A stretch of DNA of 61,361 nt from a virus (taxonomy: Duplodnaviria > Caudoviricetes): positions 1 to 61,361 of IMG/VR virus record IMGVR_UViG_3300030333_005476. The stretch is one strand, 5' to 3'. A model generated the notes under the pieces. It was not told where the DNA came from. It made no database searches and worked only from the letters and a program-made list of their open reading frames with translations. The stretch's first letter is position 1; every line of letters starts with the position of its first letter. This document shows, piece after piece, positions 43,532 to 54,117 of the stretch. The translations under genes and the position numbers were made by a program.

Positions 43532-46500
43532 ATGAAAACGCATAACGCTGGCGAAACAAGTATTCCAATGGTTTTATTTACTGGGGCTAGTGGTCTCTTT
43601 ACTTTAGAAAACAATTATGAACATGGCTATCGAGACGCTAGTGTCGTTGTACACCACGGAGTTAAATATCAAGCCTTAAAATACTCAAGCGGCATCGAAC
43701 CGGGCGTTAGCCCTCATTGGCAAAACTACTGGAAAGAAGTGGGCGTTTCTGGCGCTGGTTCTAAAGTAGCCGTCCAAGACGAAGGCTCATTTATTACATA
43801 TGTTGCTACTGGTTTAAATTTCGTGGGCTCTGGCGTAACAGCTACAAACAATAATAATTTAGTTACAATTAATATTCCGGGTGGACCCTCAGGCGCAAGA
43901 GGTGCCGTGGGGCCAGAAGGACACTTTGGTGGAGATGCTCAATTATTTAATTACTATACAGGCAAAGATGATGCTGGTGTAGACAATTCGTTAACAGGTA
44001 AAGACGGCTTTCTTTCGATCTATGGACCAAGAGGAAAAGACGAGAGAATATTTTTTGATTATTTAGATGGTACTGCTGGTAATGTTAATGTTTCTGGCTG
44101 GGGAACATGCATGACATACCCAGGAAATATTAAAATATACAAACTCAATGAGCCGCATAATTATCAAACTCATAAATTAACTTCATTTACTAGCACCAAT
44201 TTTGGTTCTCCTTGGCCCGCGCTAGTCTCTGGTTGTAAACACGGTGGTACGGTTACTTTTAAATACAGCTTTATAAAACTCGGAACCCGTACGGCAGATG
44301 GTAATTATCCGGGAGCTTACACGGCATACGATTTCCCCAACACTCACACTGGAGATGTGGGCGCTGCATTTAATGATTGGAAAGAAGCGTTTGAGGAAAT
44401 TTACCCTAACCTCACTTTAAATTTTCAAAACATGGGTCACGAGACTGGTACGGCAGTGGGTTCCGATCAGTATATAGATGACAACTTTAACACCGGCCAA
44501 TACGATTATGCAATACCCCATCCTAACGAAACCAACATTGGTGACATAAGAATTGCTATACATCAAATAGATGGCACAGCAAATACTTTAGCTCATAGTT
44601 ATCAGCCGGGAGGCGTGCTGGGTGTTACAGGAAATAAGGGTGGCGATATTCACTTTGACTACTGGGAAAACTGGAGAGTTGACAGTGACTCTACAAATGC
44701 CAGCACGCACTACAGTATTAAACGCGTTGCTGCTCATGAAATTGGCCACGCTTTAGGCTTGGGTAATGATACAGACAGCTCAGCAGTAATGTATGATACT
44801 ATCGCCGTTGGTGATACGTATGATACAAAATTCCCCTCAGGCATAAAAGCCTCTGTAAAAGATTTAGAGAACATTGAAAATATTTACGGAAACACTTGGG
44901 GCTATCACAAGAAAAGCACGGAAAAAATTTGCGACTATTCTAACTGGTCTGATGGAGACAAAGTAGTTATTAACTGGGCTCCTGGTAGTAACGAGCGGGG
45001 TCCTGCTGGTCCCGCCGGTCCTGCGGGTGCAACCGGACCCCAGGGAAGCACTGGGGCTACTGGAGCTACCGGGCCTCAAGGCCCAGCGGGTTCTAGCGGA
45101 ATGACCTCGTTTACTTTAGCTGGAGACAGCGGAAGCAGCGAGACCGTGGGAGACGGAAACACCTTGACTGTTGCTGGTGGAAACGCGGTAGATACAGCGA
45201 TCAGCGCCACTGACACGGTTACCATTAATCACGCGGATACATCTTCTCAAGCTTCTGTAAACAACACTGGTAGAACATATATCCAAGATGTTACAGTGGA
45301 CACTTACGGACACGTCACAGGTTTAACCTCTGCAACAGAAACCGTAACTGATACCACTTATTCTGCTGGTACATTAATGGATTTAGCTACTACAACATTT
45401 AATGTTGATCTATCTGAAGCTGCCGAAGCTCAACTTGGGACTGGTGACTATTTGATATTCCTAGATGGAGGAGCCACTGGAACCGCTGCTAAAGAATCCT
45501 TGGATGACTTTGCTGATTTACTTGCTGGAGATGGCCTAACGGCAACCACCTCAGTCATCGCTGTTAATGTAGACGATTCGACCCTTGAGATAAGCGGGGA
45601 TCAAGTAAGGGTAAAAGACAACGGAATCACAGGAGCCAAAATCGCCCTAGGTTCTGATGCTCAGGGCGACATAATGTATTATAGCGGCACAGATTGGGTT
45701 AGGCTTGCCGCTGGTACATCAGGACATTTCTTGAAAACCCAAGGGGCAGGAGCCAATCCAGTATGGGCAGCGGCTTCGGGAGGAGGAACCGCTAGCGACT
45801 CCTTTAAGACTATTGATGTAAATGATTCTGATTCAGGATTTACTTGGGGAAGCAATGATGTAATTGCGGACTCGAGCACGGACACTTTAAAGCTCATCGC
45901 TGGTACAAATATAACTTTAGAAAGTGATGCTACTAATGATGCAATTCGTATTACTGCCGCTGGCGGCGGAGGAAGTGGAGACATCACGGGAGTTACGATC
46001 ACCACGGACACTGGCGCGGGAAGTAAAGCGGAAGACACTAGTGGTTCAGCAGACTTCAGCATCCTAGGCGGAACTGGAGCAAGCGTGACGAACTCTGGAG
46101 CTACAATTACCATCACTTCAGAGGATGGTGAGATAGACCACGACGCCCTAAGTAATTTCGTTGCCAACGAACATATCGATTGGACTACCGATCAAGGATC
46201 AACGAATATCCATTCCGGAAATTATACAAACACGACTTACGTAAGCTCTGATTTTGACCACGATCAACTCACCAATTTCGTTGCCAACGAACATATCGAT
46301 TGGACCGCTTCTAGCGCGGGAACAATTCACGCCAGTAACTATACTGATACAAATACTACTTATTCTATATCTTGCGTAGACGGTGATAACTCTGATGAAG
46401 AAAAGATTAGATTGACCGACTCTAGCTCTGGCACTGATGATATAGTTCTTGAGGCGGGAACAGGATTAAGTATTGCTAGAAGTGGAGATAAAATTACATT

Positions 46501-49348
46501 TACTAACACAGTAAGTGATTCAAACCTTACTACAGAAGAAGTCCAAGATATTGCGGGAGCTTTGGTCGCTACTGGCGGAACCAAAACAGGCATCACTATT
46601 ACCTATGATGATACTAATGGAGATATGGATTTCGTCGTTGACCACGACGCAGCAAGTAATTTCGTGGCAAACGAACACATTGACCATACGTCTGTAACTC
46701 TTACCGCTGGAGATGGATTAACTGGCGGTGGAGACATCAGCGCAAATAGAACTTTTGCTGTTAGCGTGGATGATAGCACAATCGAAATAAACAGTGATTC
46801 CTTACGCGTTAAAGATAACGGTATCACAGGCGCAAAAATCGCTCTTGGCTCTGACGCCCAAGGCGATGTCATGTACTATAACGGCACAAATTGGGCAAGG
46901 CTAGCCGCTGGAACCAACGGGCACTTCTTAAAGACTCAAGGCTCGGGCGCAGACCCAGTTTGGGCTTCAGCTTCCACGAGTGGCATGTCCAACTTCGTAT
47001 TGGAAGATGGAGACGGAACAGAAGTCACTATTAACGACGGTAAAGAAGTTAAGTTCGTTGAGGGTAACGGAATTGACATCAATTGGACTGACAGCAGCAC
47101 TGGTGATGATAGTGACCCATATGATTTAACATTTACCGTAGATCATGATGCGGCTACTAATTTTGTAGCCAACGAACACGTTGACCATAGCGGCGTAACC
47201 CTTACCGCTGGAGACGGCCTGACAGGCGGTGGAGATATTACCGCAAGTAGAAGTTTCGCTGTCAGCGTTGATGATAGTACAATAGAAATTAACAGCGACT
47301 CCTTGCGTGTTAAAGACTCTGGGATAACATTAGCTAAGATGGCCAATCTTGCCGACATGAAAGTGCTCGGTAACGTATCTGGAGGTGCCGCTGCTCCTGC
47401 GGCGGTAAGCATCCTAGACGAAGATGCTATGGGCTCTAATAGCGCTACCTCACTAGCCACGCAACAATCTATCAAGGCTTATGTTGACTCCCAAGTTCAA
47501 CCAACCCTAACCACAGAGCAAGTTCAGGACATTGTCGGCGGCATGGTAGACGATACAGAAACAGGCATTTCCGTAACCTATGATGATACAAACGGTAATT
47601 TAGAATTTGTTGTTGACCATGATGCCGCTAATAATTTCGTGGCTAACGAGCACGTTGACCATACCTCCGTAACCCTTACCGCTGGAGACGGCCTGACAGG
47701 CGGTGGAGATATTAGCGCCAACAGAACGTTTGCGGTTAGCGTAGACGATAGCACAATCGAAATCAACAGTGACTCTTTAAGGCTAAAAGATTCTGGAACT
47801 ACATTGGCCAAGATGGCTAACCTTGCCGATATGAAAGTAATCGGTAATGTTTCAGGCGGTGCTGCAACCCCTGCCGCCGTAAGCATCCTTGACGAAGACA
47901 ATATGGCTTCCGATAGTGCTACGTCGTTAGCTACTCAGCAGTCTATTAAGGCCTATGTTGATTCTCAAGTTCAGCCGACTCTGACTACGGAGCAAGTTCA
48001 AGACATTGTCGGCGGAATGGTAGACGATACAGAGACAGGAATTTCCGTAACTTACGATGACACAAATGGCAACCTAGAGTTCGTGGTAGACCATGATGCA
48101 GCCAATAACTTCGTGGCTAACGAGCATGTTGATCACTCAGGCGTCACTTTAACTGCGGGCACTGGCTTGAGTGGTGGAGGAGACATTACCGCGAGCAGAA
48201 CATTTGCCATTGACGCAGCGCAAACAGGTATAACTTCTCTTCTGGCTACTGACATTAAGATTGGTGAGGATGACCAAACTAAAATTGATTTTGGAACAGT
48301 TAACGAAATACACCTTTACGCCGACAACACTAAGAGAGTAACGATAGACTCTACTGGTTTAACCGTCAACAGTGGCAGCTTGGAAACAGCGACCATTGAT
48401 TATACTGATGGCGACAATGCAATTACTATTGCTGATGGAGGTGGATGTACCTTCCCGCAAGAAGTTACCTTTAGTTCTGGATTTGACGTAGGCTCAGACG
48501 CAGAGGGTGACATACTATACCACAACGGCACTACTTACGTAAGACTTGCCAAGGGTTCTGATAACCACGTACTCACCATGAATGGTAACGTACCAAATTG
48601 GGAAGCGGCTTCAGGTGGAGGTAGCTCAGTTTCTTTCGGTTCTGACAATCAGATACCTTACATGAATTCTGGCGGTGATGATTTCGAATATTCTGCTAAT
48701 TTTACGTGGGGTCATAGCTCCAATCTGTTGAAGGTAGATGGAGATATCGAAATGGCTGAGAAGCTCTTTCATAAGGATGATTCTAATACCTTTCTCCACT
48801 TTGTTGGCGGCGACGATTTTCGTATTGTCGCTGGCGGTAAGGAGTATTTATCAATAGACGCTAGCTCCGCTAATGAGGTTTGTATCAATGAGCAAGGCGA
48901 ATCTTTTGATTTTAGGGTTGAAGGTGACACCAACGCTAACTTGCTCTTTGTTGATGGTAGCGCTGACAAGGTTGGCATAGGCCTTAATGACCCAGACGAA
49001 GCTCTAGAGGTGGCTGGCAGCATTCACATACAAGGAAATATACGTTCTGATGTTCATGATTATGGAACGTCTGGTGATTTTGACCCAGATTTCGATGAAG
49101 ACGCGTTACAGAAGGTAACTTTGAGCGGGGGCACCATTAACGCTTCGGCAAATAGAGCTGCTGGAAAATCGATTGTGATTAAAATCGCCGCTGGCGGAAG
49201 CGCAAGAACTTTCACTTGGAATAGTAGCTGGGTATTCATCGGTGAAAAACCAACCAGCATCGCCGCAAATAAAATAGCCTTACTAAGTATGACCTGTTTT
49301 GGCACGGCTGAAACCGATGTTGTTTGCAGCTACGCAGTTCAAGATTAA
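43532..49348 (+). CDS. Long tail fibre with matrixin-like domain, collagen segment and internal repeats
   Basis: GDIRI...TLAHSY.PG...GGDIHFD..E.W...VAAHEIGHALGLG...AVMY; Gly-X-Y run; six NFVANEH repeats; KVGIG. Confidence 0.88.
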   Translation: MKTHNAGETSIPMVLFTGASGLFTLENNYEHGYRDASVVVHHGVKYQALKYSSGIEPGVSPHWQNYWKEVGVSGAGSKVAVQDEGSFITYVATGLNFVGSGVTATNNNNLVTINIPGGPSGARGAVGPEGHFGGDAQLFNYYTGKDDAGVDNSLTGKDGFLSIYGPRGKDERIFFDYLDGTAGNVNVSGWGTCMTYPGNIKIYKLNEPHNYQTHKLTSFTSTNFGSPWPALVSGCKHGGTVTFKYSFIKLGTRTADGNYPGAYTAYDFPNTHTGDVGAAFNDWKEAFEEIYPNLTLNFQNMGHETGTAVGSDQYIDDNFNTGQYDYAIPHPNETNIGDIRIAIHQIDGTANTLAHSYQPGGVLGVTGNKGGDIHFDYWENWRVDSDSTNASTHYSIKRVAAHEIGHALGLGNDTDSSAVMYDTIAVGDTYDTKFPSGIKASVKDLENIENIYGNTWGYHKKSTEKICDYSNWSDGDKVVINWAPGSNERGPAGPAGPAGATGPQGSTGATGATGPQGPAGSSGMTSFTLAGDSGSSETVGDGNTLTVAGGNAVDTAISATDTVTINHADTSSQASVNNTGRTYIQDVTVDTYGHVTGLTSATETVTDTTYSAGTLMDLATTTFNVDLSEAAEAQLGTGDYLIFLDGGATGTAAKESLDDFADLLAGDGLTATTSVIAVNVDDSTLEISGDQVRVKDNGITGAKIALGSDAQGDIMYYSGTDWVRLAAGTSGHFLKTQGAGANPVWAAASGGGTASDSFKTIDVNDSDSGFTWGSNDVIADSSTDTLKLIAGTNITLESDATNDAIRITAAGGGGSGDITGVTITTDTGAGSKAEDTSGSADFSILGGTGASVTNSGATITITSEDGEIDHDALSNFVANEHIDWTTDQGSTNIHSGNYTNTTYVSSDFDHDQLTNFVANEHIDWTASSAGTIHASNYTDTNTTYSISCVDGDNSDEEKIRLTDSSSGTDDIVLEAGTGLSIARSGDKITFTNTVSDSNLTTEEVQDIAGALVATGGTKTGITITYDDTNGDMDFVVDHDAASNFVANEHIDHTSVTLTAGDGLTGGGDISANRTFAVSVDDSTIEINSDSLRVKDNGITGAKIALGSDAQGDVMYYNGTNWARLAAGTNGHFLKTQGSGADPVWASASTSGMSNFVLEDGDGTEVTINDGKEVKFVEGNGIDINWTDSSTGDDSDPYDLTFTVDHDAATNFVANEHVDHSGVTLTAGDGLTGGGDITASRSFAVSVDDSTIEINSDSLRVKDSGITLAKMANLADMKVLGNVSGGAAAPAAVSILDEDAMGSNSATSLATQQSIKAYVDSQVQPTLTTEQVQDIVGGMVDDTETGISVTYDDTNGNLEFVVDHDAANNFVANEHVDHTSVTLTAGDGLTGGGDISANRTFAVSVDDSTIEINSDSLRLKDSGTTLAKMANLADMKVIGNVSGGAATPAAVSILDEDNMASDSATSLATQQSIKAYVDSQVQPTLTTEQVQDIVGGMVDDTETGISVTYDDTNGNLEFVVDHDAANNFVANEHVDHSGVTLTAGTGLSGGGDITASRTFAIDAAQTGITSLLATDIKIGEDDQTKIDFGTVNEIHLYADNTKRVTIDSTGLTVNSGSLETATIDYTDGDNAITIADGGGCTFPQEVTFSSGFDVGSDAEGDILYHNGTTYVRLAKGSDNHVLTMNGNVPNWEAASGGGSSVSFGSDNQIPYMNSGGDDFEYSANFTWGHSSNLLKVDGDIEMAEKLFHKDDSNTFLHFVGGDDFRIVAGGKEYLSIDASSANEVCINEQGESFDFRVEGDTNANLLFVDGSADKVGIGLNDPDEALEVAGSIHIQGNIRSDVHDYGTSGDFDPDFDEDALQKVTLSGGTINASANRAAGKSIVIKIAAGGSARTFTWNSSWVFIGEKPTSIAANKIALLSMTCFGTAETDVVCSYAVQD
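47141..48088 (+). repeat. Tandem 474-nt (158-aa) duplication inside the fibre gene
   Basis: Units begin DHDAA at 47141 and 47615; a partial third unit begins at 48089. Confidence 0.85.
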
Positions 49349-49350
49349 TC

Positions 49351-50085
49351 ATGTCTATTCATGTCCACAAAACTGGTTTAGTCAAAACATTAGGTCAGCA
49401 ATCTGATGGTATTGTTACTAGTAATTTAATTGGTAATTTTGACCCATCCTCAGACGTTGAAACCGCTTATTGGGGTAATCAAGTCGCTGAAGGAAAGAGC
49501 TTAAGGAGGTTTAACAGTATTACTCATAATAATTCTGCTCCTCACAATTTTCAATTTGACGGAACTGACGATTATCTTGGTGCCGCTTCAAGTGGGTATG
49601 GAGGAGAGCCCTTTACGATCAACATAGCTAACGCATATACTTTAGGCTGTTGGTGGAAACATAAATCTGGAGGGCATAATAATGTATTTAGATTGGGAAA
49701 CTACACTAGTGGTGGACTCATGCTTTTTATTAGAAGTGGGAGCGGAGTAGAATTATATGTAAATAATCAAGGAACTAGTAATGTCGCTCTACCCAAAGGT
49801 AACGATAAATGGTATTATCTTTCAGTGGTTCACGATGGAAGCAACAACTATACTGTTTTTATAGATGGAAGTTATGCGATATCTTTAACCAAAACTGGAG
49901 CAACAGGAACTCAAAACCTAGAGATTGGCAGATTTGACGATAGTAATTTTTCAGTAAGTGCGAGTAAGGTGAGCCACGTACATGTTCATAGCGTCGCCCT
50001 AAAAAACTCCCAAATCAGACAAAACATGTTAGCTTCACATGACATAAACGACGCTAGAATATACGGAGCAACTTACGCAGCATGA
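49351..50085 (+). CDS. LamG/concanavalin A-like lectin protein (start MSIHVH)
   Basis: FQFDGTDDY, WYYLSVVHDG...VFIDG, LEIGR, AL..SQIRQN. Confidence 0.8.
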   Translation: MSIHVHKTGLVKTLGQQSDGIVTSNLIGNFDPSSDVETAYWGNQVAEGKSLRRFNSITHNNSAPHNFQFDGTDDYLGAASSGYGGEPFTINIANAYTLGCWWKHKSGGHNNVFRLGNYTSGGLMLFIRSGSGVELYVNNQGTSNVALPKGNDKWYYLSVVHDGSNNYTVFIDGSYAISLTKTGATGTQNLEIGRFDDSNFSVSASKVSHVHVHSVALKNSQIRQNMLASHDINDARIYGATYAA

Positions 50086-50321
50086 ATTATATTATTGTTC
50101 CATTTGAATTTTTAGAATACGTTGATTTTTCAAAAGTAAAACAAACGAACCCAGAAAGCTTACGTTACTCTATAGATAAAAAAAAATTCTTACTTAAATA
50201 CGAAGGGGAACAGCCCCAATTCGTATTTAATATAACCCAAGACGCTATTGGCTTACGAGAATATAATCACGAAGAAATACTCGAGATTTTAAAGGGGTCA
50301 GAATGGATAACCCAAGACTAA
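50082..50321 (+). CDS. Small tail-associated hypothetical protein
   Basis: ATGA overlap; VDFS.V.QT...LRYS.D....LKYEGEQP...EIL...EW. Confidence 0.7.
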   Translation: MNYIIVPFEFLEYVDFSKVKQTNPESLRYSIDKKKFLLKYEGEQPQFVFNITQDAIGLREYNHEEILEILKGSEWITQD

Positions 50322-52024
50322 AAATAAACAATCAAGAAGTTGGTTTGAGAGATTTAGGGGACGGTCTATTCGAGCCTAAAAACTCTCACGTACTGCAAGA
50401 GGTTATACATGACAATTTTAAACCCAACTCAAAAACTAATTTTTATAAAATCAATGAGCCCACTAAGGATGAAATAGAAGGCTTTCACGAGATACAATCC
50501 TTTTGCTTTACCACTTCTATCAATAGAATATCTGAAGCTAAGATATTATTAAAAAGCTTAAGAGAGCATCACTCTCAGCCCATTTACATTCATTGTGATT
50601 GGCTTTCTCAATTAGTGATTGAAAGACTAGGGTATAAAGATTTAATTATAAAACCTTTTATAAACGAAAAGTATTTAAAAAACATCGTAAAAGAACACAC
50701 TAAAGACAAGTATGACATTTTAGAAAAAGTTCACCATTGCCGTTCTGATTATATTTTTGCAAAGTTAAAGTGTCTTAAAGGGGCGATGATGTCGTTTGAG
50801 AACACGCTATTCTTAGATACAGATGTAATTGTATTAAATAATCTGCAAGAAAATTTTACTACGAAGATTTGTCTGTCTCCAGCTCACTTCCCTCAGAGTA
50901 TTGAACACTTCGGTTTTGAGTATGGGTTTTATAATGCGGGTTATGTTTTTTGTGCAGACCGAGGCTTCCCTAATTTTTGGATAAATAGATTCCTAGAAGA
51001 CTCGATTTTCTACGAACAAGAGTGTATGAATAGATTTTCTAAGCATTACGATATTCAAACTTTTGATAGCTCTCACAACTATGGTTTTTGGAGAGCACAA
51101 AACCAACCCGAAAACCCAAAGAGCTTGCACGTTCATATAACTGACGAAATAAAAAAAGAAACAAAAGGAGAAACAGAGCGTCAACTTTTCAATAGTTTTA
51201 GAAAAAAATGTTTAGGTATAATTGAGAAGAAAAATCCAGAGCTTTGCTTTTACATAAACAGACTAAGGGATTATAAAAAATACGCGTTTGCACACATGGC
51301 AAAATGCGGAGGGACATATGTGAAAACATATTTAAATACCGTTATTCTTAACCCATGCAAAGAGCATATCCCAGAAGGTAAAAACAAAGACAATCCTCAC
51401 CTAGAATTTCGCAAAGATCAAGTTTCAAAAGTGATAGATGAAGTAGACAAAACAGACCTTACTGAAAATCAATGGATAAGATTTCATCAAAATAGTGTGG
51501 ACTCCGAAGTCATAGAAAAACTTAATAATTTCGGTTGGGAAACTTTCACATTCTTGAGAGACCCTAGGGATATAATTTGCTCTTTATATTTTTTCTCCAG
51601 CAGAAAAATAAAAGCAAGCGAAGAAGATGGTGGTATTAATTTTTTAGCAATGGCGCCTTGGTCTGGTATAGCAGGACATCAAAAACCAGAGATGTGGGAC
51701 CTTGATAAAGTTGACGTACGTAAGGTTTCTTTGAATGATTTTGTCATAGAATTAATTACCAATGAAAAGTTACATATTTTCTGGCAGATTCCAGAATACA
51801 TCAACTCTATTAAGCATGTAAATAAAATGAGCCACGAAAACCTCGGTAGGTTCATCAATGAGGTCATTGACCCTGAGCATATTTATAGCCCTATGCCCAT
51901 AGGAGAAAACCCTTCAAGCAACCAAGGGTTTGAACACTATGTTGGTACTGGAGAAATATCAAAAGAAGCCGTAGGTCTAATCGAAGAATGTCAAAAAATT
52001 AAAGACTACAATGAGTGGTTGTGA
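50303..52024 (+). CDS. GT-A glycosyltransferase fused to a sulfotransferase domain
   Basis: LFLDTDV, YNAGYV, YEQ (GT-A); HMAKCGGT and FLRDP...SLY (PAPS-binding motifs). Confidence 0.8.
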   Translation: MDNPRLKINNQEVGLRDLGDGLFEPKNSHVLQEVIHDNFKPNSKTNFYKINEPTKDEIEGFHEIQSFCFTTSINRISEAKILLKSLREHHSQPIYIHCDWLSQLVIERLGYKDLIIKPFINEKYLKNIVKEHTKDKYDILEKVHHCRSDYIFAKLKCLKGAMMSFENTLFLDTDVIVLNNLQENFTTKICLSPAHFPQSIEHFGFEYGFYNAGYVFCADRGFPNFWINRFLEDSIFYEQECMNRFSKHYDIQTFDSSHNYGFWRAQNQPENPKSLHVHITDEIKKETKGETERQLFNSFRKKCLGIIEKKNPELCFYINRLRDYKKYAFAHMAKCGGTYVKTYLNTVILNPCKEHIPEGKNKDNPHLEFRKDQVSKVIDEVDKTDLTENQWIRFHQNSVDSEVIEKLNNFGWETFTFLRDPRDIICSLYFFSSRKIKASEEDGGINFLAMAPWSGIAGHQKPEMWDLDKVDVRKVSLNDFVIELITNEKLHIFWQIPEYINSIKHVNKMSHENLGRFINEVIDPEHIYSPMPIGENPSSNQGFEHYVGTGEISKEAVGLIEECQKIKDYNEWL

Positions 52025-52589
52025 ACAACAGGAAGCAAAACAAAAAATGAATCTTACAGAAGAAAACCTTAAAAAGATTAAATTCAACATACTTTCGGAA
52101 TTTAACTCCGACTGTTGGATAGCTGGGGGAGCCATAACAGACTTCTTACTGGGTAGAAAGATTAGAGATATAGACATCTTTTTTCCATCAGAGAAAGATA
52201 TGGGCAAAGCTAAAAATAAGGTGCTTTCTATGGGTGGAAAGCTATCTTACGAATACACGCAAGGCTTCAATATGAAATACAAAGGCTGTTTCTATGATTT
52301 GGGCTATCTAGGCTCTTCCCCCAAAGAGACTATAGATAAATTTGATTATACTGTATGCTGTATTTCAGTGGACAAAAACAAGAAATTTTTGTATCATGAT
52401 GAGTATTTCGATCATTTGGATAAAATGGAGCTGCATTACTTGGGTAATCACCCCAATAAATTCTATTTAAATAAGGCTAAAAGGATGCTTAGATATCTAG
52501 ACAAAGGGTTCTCTATAAGCCAAGAGCAAACAGAAAAATGGTTAAATATGCTTATTAAAGATCATAAGACTAAAAGGCGACATAATTAG
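52011..52589 (+). CDS. Nucleotidyltransferase (head domain of the tRNA-NT/poly(A) polymerase type)
   Basis: IAGGAITD...RDIDIFF...FDYTVC...R..RY..KGF. Confidence 0.85.
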   Translation: MSGCEQQEAKQKMNLTEENLKKIKFNILSEFNSDCWIAGGAITDFLLGRKIRDIDIFFPSEKDMGKAKNKVLSMGGKLSYEYTQGFNMKYKGCFYDLGYLGSSPKETIDKFDYTVCCISVDKNKKFLYHDEYFDHLDKMELHYLGNHPNKFYLNKAKRMLRYLDKGFSISQEQTEKWLNMLIKDHKTKRRHN

Positions 52590-52605
52590 TGTAAATTAAA
52601 CTGGT

Positions 52606-53091
52606 ATGAAGATTGTTGATATAGCCGATGAAATTTTTCGTGAATTAGACCAGCCAACGGATGTGTCTATTCCGCAGATCGCCTTTTGGATCAGAGTCAA
52701 TGTGGGCTCTCTAAACAACCTGATTCATACCGAATATACGATTGACACCACCACATTAGAGATCAGCCCAGACCCAGGCATACAAGAGAAATCGATCCTG
52801 AAAAGGCTGTACAACGTGCATTATTATAACCTTAAACTTCGCAGCACTTTGGGAGCCGTATCTTTGGACACAATTGTTGAGGTCGGCTCCGATGGGTCTT
52901 ACGTTAAAAAAGCAAATAAAAACGAGACAAGCAAGATATACGTGTCAGTTAAAAAGCAAGAGCAAGAAGAATTAAACAGAGAAATCGCAAGCTATAAAAC
53001 AGGAAAATCTACCCCAATTCAAATCGCTGGCGATGATACGATTGGGGAAAACTACTTTAAAGATGAGGACGACGTAAGGTCGAATAAGTAA
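52606..53091 (+). CDS. Putative head-tail adaptor
   Basis: First gene of the neck cluster, helical, follows GTGTAA; the call is positional. Confidence 0.6.
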   Translation: MKIVDIADEIFRELDQPTDVSIPQIAFWIRVNVGSLNNLIHTEYTIDTTTLEISPDPGIQEKSILKRLYNVHYYNLKLRSTLGAVSLDTIVEVGSDGSYVKKANKNETSKIYVSVKKQEQEELNREIASYKTGKSTPIQIAGDDTIGENYFKDEDDVRSNK

Positions 53092-53092
53092 G

Positions 53093-53527
53093 ATGCCTAG
53101 CTTAATATCAGATATAGAAAAAAGAGATTTGGGGCTAGTGTTTAAAGACATCTTTGACACCTTTAAAAGAAGCATAACAGTCCACAAGGAACCAGTTAAG
53201 GTCGTTGGCAATCCGGGCAACATGCCTTACGCTGGATACGGAGAAGACTCTGAAGAAGACAATGTAACTTACGTTCCTCAAAATAAAACTTTTGACGCTG
53301 TTATATCATACAACAATCACCAAACAGAAATTAATACCCAAGTCGGTGTATATGAGGCTGGCCAAGTCAAAATCAAGGTCGAAAAGGAAGCCGCCGATTA
53401 CATCAAGACAGGCAAAACAGAGAGAATAGAAGTCGATGGAAAATCATTTAACAAAGTAACAAATGACAAAGTTCAAGACTTTTTGGGTATTCAATATTAT
53501 GTGTTTTATTTAGAGGCGACCTCCTAA
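53093..53527 (+). CDS. Putative head-closure protein
   Basis: Beta-rich, RIEVDGKSF; the call is positional. Confidence 0.6.
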   Translation: MPSLISDIEKRDLGLVFKDIFDTFKRSITVHKEPVKVVGNPGNMPYAGYGEDSEEDNVTYVPQNKTFDAVISYNNHQTEINTQVGVYEAGQVKIKVEKEAADYIKTGKTERIEVDGKSFNKVTNDKVQDFLGIQYYVFYLEATS

Positions 53528-54117
53528 TGCCTAAATTTAACCAGCGAGCATTCTTAAAAGAAGTCAATAAATCTCTTAACTCAAAAGAGATGAAAAATGA
53601 GGCTTATAAAATAGTACAAAACAAAGTCGAGGAGGCTGATAGGAAAATGATTCAGAATTTCGAATCTCACCCAGTAACTAGAGAGCTAGACGCTGGCCCT
53701 GACTCGGGCAACTTAAGCGGCACACTGGGCGGTTACGGAAATTTATTTAGCTTTATAGGCTTCGAAAGAGGCAGCAATCCAACTGATATAGTTAGAAATT
53801 TTTTAAGAAGCGGCACCAGAGTCCACAGAAACCCTAGGGTCGTTTCTAATCCTAATTTTGTTGAAATGACTTTTAAAATAAAATCTGTAAACGTAGACCA
53901 GCTTGAATCAATGACGCCATCTCCTTGGGAGGGTAGAAGTTGGTTGAGAAGTCTAGAAAGAGGAATGAGCGGATTGGGGTATTACATATTTGAAAAATCA
54001 GATAAAAGCAGGTCTGGAAGCGCCTATCAATCCAGTAATAAAATAAGATCATTTGTATTTAAGCCTATAAAATACATGAGCAGTATAATGGAGAAATTTA
54101 ATAAAGACTTAGTATGA
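53527..54117 (+). CDS. Putative neck/tail-completion protein
   Basis: Position between head-closure and tail-terminator candidates. Confidence 0.55.
   Translation: MPKFNQRAFLKEVNKSLNSKEMKNEAYKIVQNKVEEADRKMIQNFESHPVTRELDAGPDSGNLSGTLGGYGNLFSFIGFERGSNPTDIVRNFLRSGTRVHRNPRVVSNPNFVEMTFKIKSVNVDQLESMTPSPWEGRSWLRSLERGMSGLGYYIFEKSDKSRSGSAYQSSNKIRSFVFKPIKYMSSIMEKFNKDLV

Noticed and set aside
47141-48140. Diversity-generating retroelement template/variable repeat pair
   Set aside because: Differences are mostly synonymous and not adenine-specific, and no reverse transcriptase is in the window.
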